DNA from: an uncultured Candidatus Micrarchaeota archaeon
Lineage (GTDB): Archaea > Micrarchaeota > Micrarchaeia > Anstonellales > Anstonellaceae
Assembly: GCA_903892905.1 (NCBI GenBank)
Contig: CAITKI010000066.1
Coordinates: forward strand, 1 to 59,057
Length of the DNA: 59,057 bases
Direction of reading: 5' to 3'
Made by a program: the position numbers and the translations under genes. Positions within the stretch are counted from its first letter, which is position 1. Every line of letters starts with the position of its first letter. Below are positions 57,018-59,057 of this stretch, one piece after another. The notes under the pieces were generated by a model. It saw only the letters and a list, made by a program, of their open reading frames with translations, ran no database searches and was not told where the DNA came from.

Positions 57018-59057
57018 CTACGCCTTCTTGGCTTCCTTGGTGCCCGTCGCCGTCTCGTCTGCGGACGCCTCGGACAACTCCTTCTTCACAAGGCCTTCAA
57101 ACAGCTTGCACCATTCCTTGTCCACCTTTGCCCAGTCTATGTTCTCATTCTGCACCTTCTTGAGCAGGTTGTTCACCGCGGTGGTGCACTTGAGCACGAA
57201 GTCAAGCTCCAGAAACTGCGCGTGGTTGTTTTTTTCGGATGCCTCGAATACCTGCGAGTAAAGCTTCCCTTTCAGGAAAGCCTCCATCACATACTGCTTG
57301 GGCGAGATGCCTGTCTCGTCGCTCCGCCTCTCCAGCGCAGGGGGCACGAAATCCAGCTTCAGGCTCTTTGCAATCTTGCCCAGGTCTGCGTCAGCCAAAG
57401 ACTTTGCGTTTGCAGCAGGCTCGCTCAAGAACAGGCACTTGAGCATGGTATCGTCAATGTCTTCCCCGCGCTCGAGGTCGAATGTCTGCACGAACTTGTG
57501 CTCCTTGATGTCGGTCTCGTACTGGAAGCCCAGCATCCTGTACACGCGCGTCTTCCTGCCGAAGCGTATTTTCTTCAGGAAAGAGTACCTGTCAGTGGAA
57601 AACATGGATGCAGCGGGAATGCCAAACACCGTCTCCAGCCTGTCCTGCACGTCTTTCAGCGACTGGGCGTGAAGGTTGTAAAGCAGGAAGATGCCTGGCT
57701 GGGTGTTGAGCATGTTTATCACGCCCTGGATGGCGGTCCTCGAGCGGATTTCGTTGATGATGACGCAGGCGTCTCCCATGCGCAGCGCCGCGTTTGTCAT
57801 GGAAACCAGGTCAAGCTCCGATGTGCCCACCTCGTCCCTGTCTGAAGACTGCACCTGGACAGCGCCTATGTGGAAGCCTTTCTTCCTGTACGCCTTGACC
57901 GGTATTTCCTCAATGTCCTCAATAGGCAATATTCTTTTCTTGGTGCCAATCGCCGCAATTTTCGCAGATGTGAACGACGTTTTTCCCACGCCTTTGAGGC
58001 CCAGCACCGCTTCGGAGCAGCCCAAGCCCACCATCACGTCGTCATAGCCTGCAAAGAAAGGTGACATGGCATTGAGCTTGAGGTACATCGGGTAGGTGAA
58101 GGGCTTGTCGCGCATTATGCGAAGCGCAGCCTGCAGGTCCCGAAACGTCGCTGGCGGCTGCTGCAAGTGGCACCTCATCGCAAGCCTTGTGAGCACCACG
58201 TCCACCACAGGCGAGTTCTTGTCGAATTTCCTCGTGCCCATGGTGGATGCCACCATGTTCTTGAAAGCGTGCTCGAGCATTTCCCTGTTGTAGCGCCACA
58301 GCGTGTGGCACAGCCCGTACTTCGCATGCTCAATGTACAAAGGCGAGTTCTCGCTGTCAATGTAAATATCAGTGATATTGTCCTGGTCCAAGGCCATGTT
58401 CTCAATCGGCGAGCCTAAGCCCACTGTCCACGAGGCTGCCTCCCTGCCCATGGCAATCGCCTGCTCCTGCGTGATTTCCACCTTCTCCAAGGAAGCCTTG
58501 TCTATGAACTGCTGGGTGAATTCCCTGCTCTTGTCGTCGAAAATCGTGCCATAGTCCACCATCTGGCTGATTTCCTTCAACCCTTCCTGTATCGCAACGC
58601 GCAGCATCTCCTGAAGCTTAGAGGGCATTTCCTCAATCACTGGGTTCTCAATGGTGTAGATGTGCGCCTCTCCGCCAGGCACGTCGTATATCTTCACCTT
58701 CAGGCCATGCCCCAGCTCATAATTCGCCTCAGGCGCATCTATCTGCGTCGCGTCCTTGGGCACGGTGAGCATGAAGTTCTGCATGAAAAGAAGCGACTTC
58801 AGGCCCAGAAGCACGAGGAAAGCCGCGCGCATGTCCCCGGTTTTCTTGCAAAGCATGTACAGCGACGATTTCGTGTACGCGTCCAGTATGCCGTTCATCC
58901 ACGCGTGGAAGTTCCTGTAGCCTTCCACGAACACCGCCTTCTGCGGATAGGGCTCGTTGTAGCCGCGCAGCACCTGCTCCGCCACCATGGGGTTCATGAA
59001 CATGTATTCGTAAAAGTCCTTGAGCAGCTTCTTCCTCTGCAAATAATGCTCGTCCTC
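57018..59057 (-). CDS. type II/IV secretion-family ATPase (archaeal pilus/archaellum assembly PilB/FlaI/VirB11-like), 5' end may lie outside the window
   Basis: Walker A GLKGVGKTSFTSA, Walker B-like DACVIINEIRS, His-box region LLYNLHAQS. The frame stays open to the window edge upstream of the TTG at 59042. Confidence 0.8.
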   Translation of the reverse strand, partial: EDEHYLQRKKLLKDFYEYMFMNPMVAEQVLRGYNEPYPQKAVFVEGYRNFHAWMNGILDAYTKSSLYMLCKKTGDMRAAFLVLLGLKSLLFMQNFMLTVPKDATQIDAPEANYELGHGLKVKIYDVPGGEAHIYTIENPVIEEMPSKLQEMLRVAIQEGLKEISQMVDYGTIFDDKSREFTQQFIDKASLEKVEITQEQAIAMGREAASWTVGLGSPIENMALDQDNITDIYIDSENSPLYIEHAKYGLCHTLWRYNREMLEHAFKNMVASTMGTRKFDKNSPVVDVVLTRLAMRCHLQQPPATFRDLQAALRIMRDKPFTYPMYLKLNAMSPFFAGYDDVMVGLGCSEAVLGLKGVGKTSFTSAKIAAIGTKKRILPIEDIEEIPVKAYRKKGFHIGAVQVQSSDRDEVGTSELDLVSMTNAALRMGDACVIINEIRSRTAIQGVINMLNTQPGIFLLYNLHAQSLKDVQDRLETVFGIPAASMFSTDRYSFLKKIRFGRKTRVYRMLGFQYETDIKEHKFVQTFDLERGEDIDDTMLKCLFLSEPAANAKSLADADLGKIAKSLKLDFVPPALERRSDETGISPKQYVMEAFLKGKLYSQVFEASEKNNHAQFLELDFVLKCTTAVNNLLKKVQNENIDWAKVDKEWCKLFEGLVKKELSEASADETATGTKEAKKA

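Overview
No homology search was possible, so every product call rests on motifs read from the supplied translations and on hand-checked DNA. The window is a GC-rich, gene-dense chromosomal segment of an archaeon. Archaeal markers include TFE, the RFC large subunit, GatD/GatE, aTrm56, tRNA-splicing endonuclease, GGGP synthase, split GMP synthase, an intron-containing tRNA and many class III (prepilin-type) signal peptides. A long multi-unit EndA, the very compact gene spacing and the abundance of pilin-like genes suggest a small-genome DPANN-like lineage (Micrarchaeota-type); this is inference only. Most start codons from the ORF track were re-picked, because many ORFs carry spurious upstream extensions. 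Most genes appear leaderless, with a TATA box about 22-27 nt upstream of the ATG.

Housekeeping content: endA (plus a short paralog), taw1, type IA topoisomerase, a GT2 plus large membrane protein, RecJ-like DHH protein, rfcL, YchF and DRG GTPases, GGPP synthase, tfe, trm56, H+-PPase, gatD/gatE, prs, tmk, GGGP synthase, tsaC, guaAA/guaAB, an M42 peptidase and three tRNAs.

Observations worth a second look:
1. An hydC-hydB-hydA [FeFe]-hydrogenase operon in an archaeal context.
2. A three-member family of pilin-like genes. Two of them clamp gatE with zero spacers and carry about 206-nt in-frame arrays of perfect hairpins with iterated G-Q-G-A motifs inside their leaders.
3. Poly-G tracts of 11 and 9 nt between the TATA box and the ATG of two of these pilin genes.
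4. An initiator tRNA-Met whose first 9 nt appear displaced 42 nt upstream and overlap the stop codon of a low-GC nuclease-like ORF.
5. A solo tnpB element abutting an Fcf1-like PIN gene.
6. An MNT/HEPN pair next to a HerA/FtsK-like ATPase module of unknown function.
7. A four-gene pilin-like operon downstream of a partial type IV pilus/secretion ATPase.
8. Single central TATA boxes shared by divergent leaderless gene pairs.
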